A program made the translations under genes and the position numbers. A DNA stretch of 32,000 nucleotides from Candidatus Iainarchaeum sp. (GTDB taxonomy: Archaea; Iainarchaeota; Iainarchaeia; Iainarchaeales; CSSED10-239): NCBI GenBank assembly GCA_037441475.1, contig JBBISB010000002.1, positions 60,001-92,000 on the forward strand. The letters are read 5' to 3'. The notes beneath the pieces are model-generated. The model searched no databases, was not told the origin of the DNA, and saw nothing but the letters and a program-made list of their open reading frames with translations. Shown here in pieces: positions 20,286-29,650 of the stretch. The stretch's first letter is position 1, and each line of letters starts with the position of its first letter.

Positions 20286-21506
20286 ATGAACACAGAAAAA
20301 TACAAGCACCTTATAGATTTAACATTTAAAAATATTCTAAGAAGACTTAGATCAATTTTAACAATCATAGCTGTAGTGATTGGAATTGCAACCATTGTTG
20401 CCTTGTTTTTAATAAGTGATGGACTACTTAACTATGTTGAAGATGTTTTTATGACAATGGGGATAAACACTATTTTCATTTTTCCAGTAAGCTTTCAAGG
20501 TGGGGCAAACCAAACTATTAGTAGGGTTTCTGAGGATATTAAGATAACGCAAAGTGATCTCCGGCTTATTGAAAAAATACCTGAAATAGATTATGCAATT
20601 GGTTTTTCTTTCAGAACAGCAAAGTATGAGTATAAGGGGGAAGAGAGTTATCAGTTTGTGATAATGGTTGACCCTAAGCTTGCAGATAAAACCTTTGAAA
20701 TAATGGATATAGGGGTAAGGGAAGGAAAGAGCCTTCAAGGAAGAGAAGGGGCAGAAATTGTTGTTGGTTCATACTTTGCAGATAAACTTTTTAAAGAACC
20801 TATTAAGGTTGGACAAAAAATAAAAATTCAAGATAAAGAGTTTAAGGTAATTGGTATTTTAGAACCTGTTGAAAATATGCAAGATGACTCTCAAGCGTAT
20901 ATAACCATGAACAGTGGAAGAGAACTTTTTGATACTGGAGAAACCTTAGATCAGATTTATGCAAGTGTAAAGCCTGAGTATGATCCTTTAGTTGTTCAAA
21001 AAGAGATTGAAAAAAGACTTGAAAAGAAACATGGTAAAAATAAATTTTTTATAATAACAGCAAAACAAGTTTTAACAATGATAAAAACTGTATTAGGTCT
21101 TTTACAAACCATTTTAGTCTCAATCGGGCTTATATCCATTGTTGTTGGAAGTATTGGTATCATGAACTCAATATATACATCAGTTATTGAGAGGACAAGG
21201 GAGATTGGTATCTTAAAATCATTAGGGGCTAAAAAAGAAGATATTTATTTTATATTTACCTTTGAGTCTTTAGTGTTATCTTTAATTGGTGGAATCATTG
21301 GTTTGGGGCTTGGTATTGGAATTGCTAAGTTTGTGGAGTATTATGCAGCAAGCCAAGCCTTTATTACCCTTAATATAATAGTAACATGGCAAGTTGTGGC
21401 TCTTGCTTTAGGAGTATCCATTATTGTTGGAATTGCAGCTGGACTTTTACCTTCAAAATCAGCAGCAAAGATGAATGTCGTGGATGCTTTAAGAAAAACT
21501 ATTTAA
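20286..21506 (+). CDS. MacB/FtsX-type ABC permease 2
   Basis: NILRRLRSILTIIAVVIGIATIVALFLIS; VVGSIGIMNSIYTSVIERTREIGILKSLGAKKEDI; GLLPSKSAAKMNVVDALR. Confidence 0.93.
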   Translation: MNTEKYKHLIDLTFKNILRRLRSILTIIAVVIGIATIVALFLISDGLLNYVEDVFMTMGINTIFIFPVSFQGGANQTISRVSEDIKITQSDLRLIEKIPEIDYAIGFSFRTAKYEYKGEESYQFVIMVDPKLADKTFEIMDIGVREGKSLQGREGAEIVVGSYFADKLFKEPIKVGQKIKIQDKEFKVIGILEPVENMQDDSQAYITMNSGRELFDTGETLDQIYASVKPEYDPLVVQKEIEKRLEKKHGKNKFFIITAKQVLTMIKTVLGLLQTILVSIGLISIVVGSIGIMNSIYTSVIERTREIGILKSLGAKKEDIYFIFTFESLVLSLIGGIIGLGLGIGIAKFVEYYAASQAFITLNIIVTWQVVALALGVSIIVGIAAGLLPSKSAAKMNVVDALRKTI

Positions 21507-21569
21507 GATAGATTTATAAGTATTATTATCTTAGATATTAATATACAATAAAACATAAAAAGAAAAAAT

Positions 21570-22025
21570 ATGATTAACGAAAGATTAATTGAGCATATAA
21601 ACGAACTTAAAAACAAAAGGATATCAGATGTTGAAATTACAGATATACTTCTTTTAAATAACTACACAGCAGAAGAAATTAAGGAAAATCTTAATCATTA
21701 TAATAACATACATGGCTTTTCTTCAAATAACTATATTGAACAGTATGAAAAGATACAGGGAAAGAAGTTTTCAGAAGCAGAAGTTGAAACTTTTAAAAAA
21801 AAAATTGTAAGTGATAAAAAGAACTATGATCAAAAGATAAAGGACATTAAAAGAGAAGAGCCTGCTGTTAAAGTTGAGAAAAAAGAACCTCTTGTAACTT
21901 CTGAGAAAAAGAAGATGAGTAAAGGGGATTTAATTTCAATAGTTGCAATCATTGTTCTTCTAGCCTTTATAATCTATGTTATAATCTCTTACGATGTTAT
22001 AAATAAGATAATTTTGAAAATGTAA
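21570..22025 (+). CDS. Small protein with C-terminal TM helix, unknown
   Basis: 151 aa; charged N-terminal region, C-terminal TM (LISIVAIIVLLAFIIYVIISY); 64 bp after permease 2 on the same strand. Confidence 0.6.
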   Translation: MINERLIEHINELKNKRISDVEITDILLLNNYTAEEIKENLNHYNNIHGFSSNNYIEQYEKIQGKKFSEAEVETFKKKIVSDKKNYDQKIKDIKREEPAVKVEKKEPLVTSEKKKMSKGDLISIVAIIVLLAFIIYVIISYDVINKIILKM

Positions 22026-22128
22026 TTTTAGTTTTTATAAAAAATAGCAAAGCATTATGTTTTTAAAGTTTTAGTATATATAATATTTATATAAAAGCTA
22101 TTTTTATATATTTTAAAACAAAAATAAA

Positions 22129-22200
22129 GCCTCTATAGCTCAGTGGTAGAGCGGCAGTCTTGTAAACTGTAGGTCGAGGGTTCAAATCCCCCTAGAGGCT
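22129..22200 (+). tRNA. tRNA-Thr (anticodon UGU)
   Basis: Cloverleaf: GCCTCTA..TAGAGGC acceptor, GCTC/GAGC D stem, GCAGT-CTTGTAA-ACTGT anticodon arm, GAGGG-TTCAAAT-CCCCC T arm with one A:C mismatch, discriminator T. Confidence 0.95.
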
Positions 22201-22304
22201 TCTTTCTAAAGGGTTATATGTATTTCTATTTTTTTGTACGCTTTTGTTATGTATTTATAAATTTAATGTAATTATATACTTATATAAAATATTAATTTTA
22301 AGGA

Positions 22305-22901
22305 GTGATTTATTTGACAATAAGAAATCCATTTAAAAAAACATTTAAACAAAAAAGAGAATCTATTGGTGTTGATAGAGAGTTTAATGATACAAGAACA
22401 AGGTTAGTTGGAAGTATGAAAGTTACAAATCATCCAAGTCATCGACAAGCAAATCCGAAGATAAGACAAATAGAAACTTTATCTGAAATTCAAATAAATG
22501 GAATAAAAAATAAACTAAAAGAATTATCTTCTAAAAAAACAAAAAATGAACTTGAGGCTAGAAGACAGAAAGAAGCTATCTCAAAATTAAAATCAAAAAT
22601 TAATAAATTAGAATTTTCCACAAAAAATAAAACTTCTCTAATATCAGCTAAAAGAAATGAAGAGAGAAAATTAAGACAAGGTAAATTAATTGAAAAAAAA
22701 CTAAAATCAATTATTAAAGATTCTGCTGCTTTTAAAAGAAATGCTTCTGACTATGTTAAATATAAATTTGATACTAAAATAGATCCTTTAAAATTAAGGC
22801 AAGAATATGAGTATTTTTTAAAAACAAAAAGAAAGTCATTTGCAGATATTACTCTTAACGAAGCAGTGGCCCTTTTAGATAGCGCTATTGTTAAAAAATA
22901 G
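22305..22901 (+). CDS. Highly charged coiled-coil protein, unknown function
   Basis: 198 aa ORF with a GTG start (or TTG at 22314); Lys/Glu-rich with heptad-like stretches. Confidence 0.55.
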   Translation: MIYLTIRNPFKKTFKQKRESIGVDREFNDTRTRLVGSMKVTNHPSHRQANPKIRQIETLSEIQINGIKNKLKELSSKKTKNELEARRQKEAISKLKSKINKLEFSTKNKTSLISAKRNEERKLRQGKLIEKKLKSIIKDSAAFKRNASDYVKYKFDTKIDPLKLRQEYEYFLKTKRKSFADITLNEAVALLDSAIVKK

Positions 22902-22947
22902 TTTTTTTAAAAAATTATATAAAAAAATAAGTAAAAAAGAAGAAAAA

Positions 22948-23100
22948 AGAGTTTTACTCTTCCACAACTCTATTCTCTTTTATTCTTTTAATAATCCTTG
23001 GAGCAAACTTTCAATTATCCTACAGATTGTAGAACCACAATGTTTATAAATAGTAGGCTTTTTACTTTTAGTAAAAATCCCACTAGAGGCTTTTTTCTTT
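22948..23100 (+). other. Structured noncoding region ending in a long hairpin and T-tract
   Basis: Hairpin agagt-ttt-actct at 22948-22960. A 16-position stem at 23051-23066/23070-23085 has 14 pairs and a TTT loop, followed by a T-rich tract. Confidence 0.4.
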
Positions 23101-23183
23101 TTTTAATAAATTTAAATAAACCTAATTGTTATTAAATATAGGAATTATTTTTAAACAGGTATTAACACACAAAAAATTATTTA

Positions 23184-23759
23184 CTAAAAATTAATAGTGT
23201 CTATAATAACATGTAATGTTGTATCTTTAGATTTAATCTTTTCAACAACTGCAAAAGAATTGCACACAAAACTAAAATCAGATTTAATTTTATTTAAATT
23301 AATATTGTTATCAAAAAGATTATAAAAAATAGTCATGTGTGGATTATATCTTTCAAGAACATATATATCTCTGTATTTATTATAATAAATTTGAGATAAT
23401 TTATCCTCATATTTTTTAAAAGGTTTTTCAAAAAACATATGTTTTTCACAAAGCTTAACAATATCCTTTTCAATATTTAATAAATATTTTTCTTTTTTAA
23501 AAAGTAGAACTAATGTTTTTTTATTAAATATTTCATATTTATCACTAACTAAAACAAAAGGACTACATTTTTTAGAAAATCTTATTAGATGTTTTAAAAA
23601 AACATCATAATCCTTAACAACAAAACTAGACCTTAAGGTAATGTGTAAGGGATGATTAGTTATTTTAAGATCATATTTTTTATTATACCTAGTTTTAATA
23701 CTTTTTAGATATTTGTGTGTATTTTTATCTGGTAAAATAACAAGATATATTTCTTTCAT
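23184..23759 (-). CDS. 2H phosphoesterase superfamily (LigT / 2'-5' RNA ligase-like)
   Basis: Two HxT motifs (PLHITLRSS and PHMTIFYN) with appropriate spacing in a 191 aa protein. Confidence 0.78.
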   Translation of the reverse strand: MKEIYLVILPDKNTHKYLKSIKTRYNKKYDLKITNHPLHITLRSSFVVKDYDVFLKHLIRFSKKCSPFVLVSDKYEIFNKKTLVLLFKKEKYLLNIEKDIVKLCEKHMFFEKPFKKYEDKLSQIYYNKYRDIYVLERYNPHMTIFYNLFDNNINLNKIKSDFSFVCNSFAVVEKIKSKDTTLHVIIDTINF

Positions 23760-23870
23760 AAATAACTAATAGAATAGTAAAGAATAAAAAGCATGTAACC
23801 ATTTTTAAAAGGACATACAACAGAGGCTTTCTTGTTATATAATAGTTTTTAATCCCTTAAGATTTTAAAG

Positions 23871-24107
23871 TTATTTTTTACTTTTCTTTACAGGAAGAGA
23901 ATCTATTAAATTTTTAAAACCTAAATCAGACATCTCTAAAGGAACATTTAAACCTATACCTGCCTTCTTTAATTCCTCTAAAAACTCTCTTACAGAAAGT
24001 TTTGAAATTTCTGTGGCTGTAGAAAAATCAACCTCTTCTTTTTCATAAAGAGATAAGGCTTTGTTTAAATAATATTTATTTATATTTTTTGACATAAATA
24101 ACTTCAA
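23871..24107 (-). CDS. UPF0175-like small protein (possible antitoxin-like DNA binder)
   Basis: YLNKALSLYEKEEVDFSTATEISKLSVREFLEELKKAGIGLNVP matches the UPF0175 pattern. Confidence 0.6.
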   Translation of the reverse strand: MKLFMSKNINKYYLNKALSLYEKEEVDFSTATEISKLSVREFLEELKKAGIGLNVPLEMSDLGFKNLIDSLPVKKSKK

Positions 24108-24285
24108 AGAAAATTATTTTTATTTGATGTTAGAAGTTTATAACAAAATAAACTAAATATATTTATGTAGTTATATTTAAAAAATAAATGTTTTTGATAA
24201 AAAAACCAGTAATAAAAAGGTTTTGGTACCTATAATATATAACTATTTTTAAGAAAAAGAAACAGTATAAAAGGAAAAATTAAAC

Positions 24286-25032
24286 ATGCTTGAAATATAT
24301 TTATATACATTAATCAGTATCATACTTGTAAGCCTAATATCATTAATTGGTATCCTAACATTATTTACAAACAAAAAACATTTATCAAAAATGCTTTTGT
24401 TCTTAATAAGCTTTTCAGCAGGTGCACTTTTAGGAGATGCTTTTATTCATCTAATACCAGAAAGCTTTGAAAGCTTTAATCATCTAACAATCTCATTTTC
24501 AATAATTGCTGGAATCTTAATATTCTTTATTTTAGAAAAAATTATACACTGGAGACACTGTCATCTTCCAACCTCTAAGGAACATGTACATCCTTTAGGA
24601 AAAATGAACCTTATTGGAGATTTATTACATAACTTCTTAGATGGAATAATCATAGCCACAAGTTATATTGTTTCTATTCCTTTAGGAATAGCAACAACAA
24701 TTGCTGTTATCTTACATGAGATACCACAAGAGATTGGTGACTTTGGAGTTTTGATATATGCAGGATACTCAAGAAGAAAAGCATTAATCCTTAATTTTTT
24801 AATATCCTTAACTGCTGTTTTAGGAGGAATTATAGGTTTACTTCTAAGCAGATATATTGATACCTTTGCAAGCATAATGATAGCATTCACTGCTGGTGGT
24901 TTTATATATATAGCAACATCAGACCTTATGCCTGAACTTAAGAAAGAAACAAGTGTTAAGAAAACTATTATACAGATACTAGGTATTGTCTTAGGAATAA
25001 CTTTAATGGCATTATTAATATTTTTGGAGTAA
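24286..25032 (+). CDS. ZIP-family divalent metal transporter
   Basis: SAGALLGDAFIHLIPESFE, HNFLDGIIIATSYI, AVILHEIPQEIGDFGVLIYAGYSRRKALILNFLISLTAVLGGIIG. Confidence 0.95.
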   Translation: MLEIYLYTLISIILVSLISLIGILTLFTNKKHLSKMLLFLISFSAGALLGDAFIHLIPESFESFNHLTISFSIIAGILIFFILEKIIHWRHCHLPTSKEHVHPLGKMNLIGDLLHNFLDGIIIATSYIVSIPLGIATTIAVILHEIPQEIGDFGVLIYAGYSRRKALILNFLISLTAVLGGIIGLLLSRYIDTFASIMIAFTAGGFIYIATSDLMPELKKETSVKKTIIQILGIVLGITLMALLIFLE

Positions 25033-25035
25033 AGC

Positions 25036-25557
25036 ATGATTGAAAATAAAAAAACCTCAGATAAACTATTGTATGAGATTGTTATCTTTATACTTATCTT
25101 TGCATTAATGATAAGTATTGTTTTTACCTTTGATAAGTTGTTTATAGAAAAACCAATTAATGAATGTTATGATATTTATCAAAAAGATTATAGAAACGAT
25201 AAATGTGAGTATGATAACATAGCTATGAACGAATGTTATGTAAAAGAAGGACAAGTAATTTTTAATAACGACTGCACTCTTACCTGTGATTATTGTTATA
25301 AAAAATATAATGGAGAGATTGAAAAGTATAATAACAAAACAAATCTTTTAAGAATCATCCTTTCATTTATGATTGCACTTTCCCTTGCCTTTATTAACCT
25401 TAAAGACAAGATCATAAGATACTCTTTATTATCTGGAAGTTTAGTATCTTTGTTTGTTTCAACAATAATTGCTATGCAGATGATTGGAATCTTGCTTCCA
25501 ATAGTTATTATTATTGAGTTTTTGTTAGTTTTATTTATTTATAAAAAAACTAAATAA
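25036..25557 (+). CDS. Membrane protein with cysteine-rich extracytoplasmic loop, unknown
   Basis: 173 aa; TM segments flank NECYDIYQKDYRNDKCEYDNIAMNECYVKEGQVIFNNDCTLTCDYCYKK. Confidence 0.65.
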   Translation: MIENKKTSDKLLYEIVIFILIFALMISIVFTFDKLFIEKPINECYDIYQKDYRNDKCEYDNIAMNECYVKEGQVIFNNDCTLTCDYCYKKYNGEIEKYNNKTNLLRIILSFMIALSLAFINLKDKIIRYSLLSGSLVSLFVSTIIAMQMIGILLPIVIIIEFLLVLFIYKKTK

Positions 25558-26272
25558 TTAATTTGGCTCTATTCTCTCTGAGCCATTTACTTTTTTCTTT
25601 ATGGTTTGGAAAAAACTTTTCAACAACTTTCCAAAAACTCCTTGAGTGGTTATGATGCACTGTGTGAGAAAGCTCATGCACAATTACATAATCAATAATG
25701 TCCTTTGGAGCAAGCAAAAGAGAAGTTGAAAAAACAAGCTTATGATCATGAGAACAAGATCCAAACCTTGAGGTATTGTTCTTTAAAGATACAGATTTTA
25801 TTTCCTTTTTAAAATAAAGACTATTAAAATAATCTACTCTTTCTTTAAGTAAAGGTAAAAGATCCTTTGAAAGAATCTTGTTTAATAGCTTTGAAACTAT
25901 TTCTTTTTCCTTAGAAGAGTTTAAAGGTATTTTAAAAATAATTTCTTTATCTTTAAGTCTTGCAAGAGAGTTTTTTCTTTCCTCTTTTATAATTGTTAGA
26001 AGATACTCTCTACCATAGATAGAAAAAACCTCACCAGAAGAATATGCTTTTAAAGAAATAGGAGAAAACTTCTCCTCGTTCTTTTTCAAGTAACTTATAA
26101 ACTTCTCTTTGATTTTTTTAATCTGCTCTTCTCTTTTACTCTCAAAGAAAAACCTAGGCACCCTTATGTTTACTTTCTTACCTATGGACATATAGGTAGA
26201 GTTTCTTCTCTCCACATATATCCTTATAATATACTCTTTGTTATTAAAAATAAGTTTATCTTCTCTTAACAT
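25550..26272 (-). CDS. YgjP/DUF45-family M48-like metallopeptidase
   Basis: C-terminal zinc motif YVIVHELSHTVHHNHSRSFWKVVEKFFPNHKEKSKWLREN; SRFGSCS motif. Confidence 0.92.
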   Translation of the reverse strand: MLREDKLIFNNKEYIIRIYVERRNSTYMSIGKKVNIRVPRFFFESKREEQIKKIKEKFISYLKKNEEKFSPISLKAYSSGEVFSIYGREYLLTIIKEERKNSLARLKDKEIIFKIPLNSSKEKEIVSKLLNKILSKDLLPLLKERVDYFNSLYFKKEIKSVSLKNNTSRFGSCSHDHKLVFSTSLLLAPKDIIDYVIVHELSHTVHHNHSRSFWKVVEKFFPNHKEKSKWLRENRAKLII

Positions 26273-26342
26273 AATAAATCTTTCTACTTTAAAAAGAATA
26301 TGCTACAAATATTTTATATAGATATCATAAAATTGAGAAGAT

Positions 26343-27671
26343 ATGGATAACATAATAGATAGAGTAAAGAAGCTAAATAACTTTACAGAAATTAAAGAAA
26401 AACAAGAGATTGTTTACTGGATGACAAGAGAACAGAGGGTTAAAGACAACTACTCGCTTTTATTTGCAGAAGAAATCTCTATAAAACATAACTGTACTCT
26501 AAAAGTTATTTTTACCTTAACAGATAAGTTTTTAGAAGCACAAGAAAAACAATTTCTTTTCATGCTTGAGGGGTTAAAAGAGGTTTGTGAAAGTTTAAAT
26601 GAGCATGGAATAGAGTTTATTCTTTTAAAAGGAAAAGAAGCTTCTAAAGAGATTATAGATTACATTAATAAAAATAAAGTATCTTCACTTGTAACCGACT
26701 TTGATCCATTAAAGATAAAAACAAAATGGAGAGAAGAGGTTTTAAGAGAGATAAAAGTGCCTTTCTTTATGGTTGATGCACATAACATTGTTCCTGTCTG
26801 GATAGCATCCCCTAAACAGGAGTTTGGGGCATACACTATCAGGCCTAAGATAAACCACTTACTTTTTAGTTATTTAAAAGAGATACCTAATATTAAAAAA
26901 AGAAAAGAGATAGAAACAACCATTGATTGGGAAAAAATAATTACAAAAAAACATGATTATTCTTTTTTATCTGGAGAAAAGTTTGGAAAAAAAGTTTTAA
27001 AAGAGTTTATTGAAGAAAAACTAAACGATTATGCTGTGCTTAGAAACGATCCTTCAAAAGACTGTCAATCAGGACTCTCACCTTACCTTCATTTTGGACA
27101 GATATCCTCACAGAGAATAGCTTTAGAGGTTTTAAAACAAGAGAAAAATGAAGAGAGTAAAAAGGCTTTTCTAGAAGAACTTATTGTTAGAAAAGAACTC
27201 TCTGATAATTATTGTTATTATAACAAAGAGTATGATAACTTTAATGGATTTCCTGAATGGGCTAAAAAAACCATAGAAGAGCATAAGGAGGATAAGAGAG
27301 AATATCTTTACTCACTTAAAGAACTTGAAAATCATAAAACACATGATGTTTTATGGAATACATCTCAAGAAGAAATGGTAAAAATAGGGAAGATGCATGG
27401 TTATTTAAGGATGTACTGGGCAAAAAAGATATTAGAGTGGACAAAAGATGTTAAAGAAGCTCAAGAGGTTGCTATTTTCTTAAATGACAAATATAGTTTA
27501 GATGGAAGAGACCCTAATGGATATACTGGGATTGCATGGTCTCTTGGTGGAGTGCATGATAGAGCATGGAACGAAAGAGATATTTTTGGAAAAATAAGGT
27601 ATATGAGCTTTAACTCTACATCTAAGAAGTTTAACTTAAAAGGATATTTAAAAAAAATAGAAGAATTGTAG
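26343..27671 (+). CDS. phr: Class II CPD DNA photolyase
   Basis: VYWMTREQRVKDNYSLLFA N-terminus; QSGLSPYLHFGQIS; ELIVRKELSDNYCYYN; KMHGYLRMYWAKKILEW; DGRDPNGYTGIAWSLGGVHDRAWNERDIFGKIRYM. Confidence 0.97.
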   Translation: MDNIIDRVKKLNNFTEIKEKQEIVYWMTREQRVKDNYSLLFAEEISIKHNCTLKVIFTLTDKFLEAQEKQFLFMLEGLKEVCESLNEHGIEFILLKGKEASKEIIDYINKNKVSSLVTDFDPLKIKTKWREEVLREIKVPFFMVDAHNIVPVWIASPKQEFGAYTIRPKINHLLFSYLKEIPNIKKRKEIETTIDWEKIITKKHDYSFLSGEKFGKKVLKEFIEEKLNDYAVLRNDPSKDCQSGLSPYLHFGQISSQRIALEVLKQEKNEESKKAFLEELIVRKELSDNYCYYNKEYDNFNGFPEWAKKTIEEHKEDKREYLYSLKELENHKTHDVLWNTSQEEMVKIGKMHGYLRMYWAKKILEWTKDVKEAQEVAIFLNDKYSLDGRDPNGYTGIAWSLGGVHDRAWNERDIFGKIRYMSFNSTSKKFNLKGYLKKIEEL

Positions 27672-27689
27672 TTTTTATCTTAAAAAAAA

Positions 27690-28376
27690 CTACTTGTATT
27701 GAAGCATGAAGTAAGCACCTTCACAGGAGTTGTTAATCATGTCTCCTGATGAAGAACAAACTATACTGTTATCTTCTAAATAGAAACAATCAACTGAACC
27801 ATTAAAGGTTCCTTTTTCTTTTAAATCAAGATAATCTAAAAGAGATTGAGGGGTGTTAAAATAACAAGTACCTTCTGTTTTAATATCTTCTTTTGAAACC
27901 ATGCTTTCATTAAAGTTATCTTCACCAGTAATTTCAACATTAATATCATAAAGAGAAAGGTTTACTTTACAGTAGATATACTCAATACCCTGTATAGTGT
28001 ATTCAGTGGTTCTTGTAAAAAATTTATTTTCTGTTTCTATTATGTCTGTGAAAAGGAAACTATAACCTTCCTTACAAGCTGCAGCATATTCTTTAAAACA
28101 ATTTATGTTTGTTCCACAGTTTTCAGGGTTTTATGCATAAATTATTTCAACTGGTATTTCTTCTGTAAAAGCAGAGTTGTTATCAATAACTAAAGAATTG
28201 TTATCTACAAAACCATCTGGTGTTTGAGAAATATTTTAATAATTTAAAGAAGCATCGTTTGTTCTTACAAAAACAAAGAGAACAATTAAAACAAGGATGA
28301 TTATTATAATAATTACATATAACCATAGAAACTTTGATTTTTTAGAAACATTTACAATGGTTGTATTTTCATCCAT
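27690..28376 (-). pseudogene. Single-TM cysteine-containing protein interrupted by two in-frame TAA codons (28236-28238 and 28131-28133)
   Basis: The two called ORFs (28236-28421 and 27690-27902) share a frame. The interval reads NISQTPDGFVDNNSLVIDNNSAFTEEIPVEIIYA*NPENCGTNINCFKEYAAACKEGYSFLFTDIIETENKFFTRTTEYTIQGIEYIYCKVNLSLYDINVEITGEDNFNES-MVSKED. Confidence 0.75.
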
Positions 28377-28466
28377 ATCTTTTTCATCTCTTTTAAATGT
28401 ATATATAAAAGCACATAACATTTAAAAAGTTATATTTTAGAAGAAAATATCTTTTATTCCTTGAAA

Positions 28467-29594
28467 TTATATCTTTTTATTATAAAGCTTGTTTAGGTAA
28501 GCAATAATTTTTTTAGATTTATTTGCATCTATTCCTGGAACCTTTGAAAGATCTGCAAAGTTAAGGTTCTTTACATTATTAATTGACTTATGGGTCTTTA
28601 TTAAGCTTTCAATAGACTTTTCATCAATATCGTTTATTTTAGAAAGGATCCTATAACCTCTTGGAAAATCATTTGTTTTTCCGTTTACAAAGTTTGATAT
28701 TTCTAAAATCTCAATTAACTTGTCAGTATCAGCTATTCTTCTTATACCTAGTTGCTTTAATAAAGAGATTTTTTCAAAAGAAGCCTCTCTTGTTATTATA
28801 TTGTTTGAATAATCTCTTAAGATGAAAGATAGTTCCTCATCAATACCGTATGTTACTTCATATAAAGTGTTTGAAATATCTTGACCTTGAGACCCAAGCT
28901 CAACTACCAAGTCATTCACTTGTTTTTCATGTTTTATAAAGTAAAGGATGTTTTGAATAACATCTAAAATTTCTATCTTAAGGTTAGGGGTGTTGTTTAT
29001 CTCATAGGAAAGAATATTTCTAAGTTTCTTATCAAGCTTTGTTCTAAAGTCCTTTAGGTTGTTTATAGCATAACTTGCTTTAACCATTAGGATGCTAAAG
29101 TCCTGTAAAACATATTTTTGGTCCTTATAGTAAAGAGAAATAACACTTCTTCTATGGGAGATGGCTATTACTGGAACATTTGATTGTTTTGCTGTTTGTT
29201 CAGCTGACCTATGCCTCATTCCTGTTTCCTTTGAAGAGATTTCTTTGTCTGGCATTAAATGTTTGTTTGCACCTATTATTTTTGTTAAGTCTTTGGAAAG
29301 GACAATGGCACCATCCATTTTTGAGAGTTCAAAGAGCTTTTGAGAGGAGAAAGGGATATCAAGGTCTATTCCTCCTTTAAGGATAGGTTTTAGTTCCTCT
29401 GAGTTGCCTAGGACTATTAGGGCACCTAGGTTACCATGTAAAATCTCATCTAGGCCTTGTCTTAGTTCTGTTCCTGGTGTAACAAGCGGCAGGATCCTTG
29501 TAATATCTATGACTTCATTTTTATATATTTCATTTAAGAGTTTTGAAGAGAAGTCATCTTCTACAAATATTCTTTTTTTTGGTTTTGTAGGCAT
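28467..29594 (-). CDS. disA: DisA: full-length DNA-integrity-scanning diadenylate cyclase (DAC + linker + HhH)
   Basis: GTELRQGLDEILHGNLGALIVLG, KMDGAIVLSKD, TGMRHRSAEQTAKQSNVPVIAISHRRSVISLY, VVELGSQGQD, C-terminal HhH region NFADLSKVPGIDANKSKKIIAYL. Confidence 0.96.
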   Translation of the reverse strand: MPTKPKKRIFVEDDFSSKLLNEIYKNEVIDITRILPLVTPGTELRQGLDEILHGNLGALIVLGNSEELKPILKGGIDLDIPFSSQKLFELSKMDGAIVLSKDLTKIIGANKHLMPDKEISSKETGMRHRSAEQTAKQSNVPVIAISHRRSVISLYYKDQKYVLQDFSILMVKASYAINNLKDFRTKLDKKLRNILSYEINNTPNLKIEILDVIQNILYFIKHEKQVNDLVVELGSQGQDISNTLYEVTYGIDEELSFILRDYSNNIITREASFEKISLLKQLGIRRIADTDKLIEILEISNFVNGKTNDFPRGYRILSKINDIDEKSIESLIKTHKSINNVKNLNFADLSKVPGIDANKSKKIIAYLNKLYNKKI

Positions 29595-29650
29595 GTTTAA
29601 TCGTTCTTTTTGTTTTTTTTAAAAAGTAAAAACAAGGTTATTTTTAGGTA

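Noticed and set aside
15491-20738. Antisense ORFs 15491-15727, 15498-15737, 16080-16490, 16572-16916, 18405-18839, 19365-19622 and 20424-20738
   Set aside because: They are shadows of recognised MTase, MscS and ABC-cluster genes.
23184-24107. Toxin-antitoxin pair made of the UPF0175-like protein and its 2H phosphoesterase neighbour
   Set aside because: The neighbour has enzyme-like HxT motifs rather than a PIN or other toxin fold, and the ~110 bp gap gives no support for a TA pair.
15794-28376. Global reassignment of TAA as a sense codon
   Set aside because: Clear genes here end in TAA (for example 2484-3317 and the acetyltransferase ending at 5068), so only local readthrough, recent mutation or sequence error is plausible.
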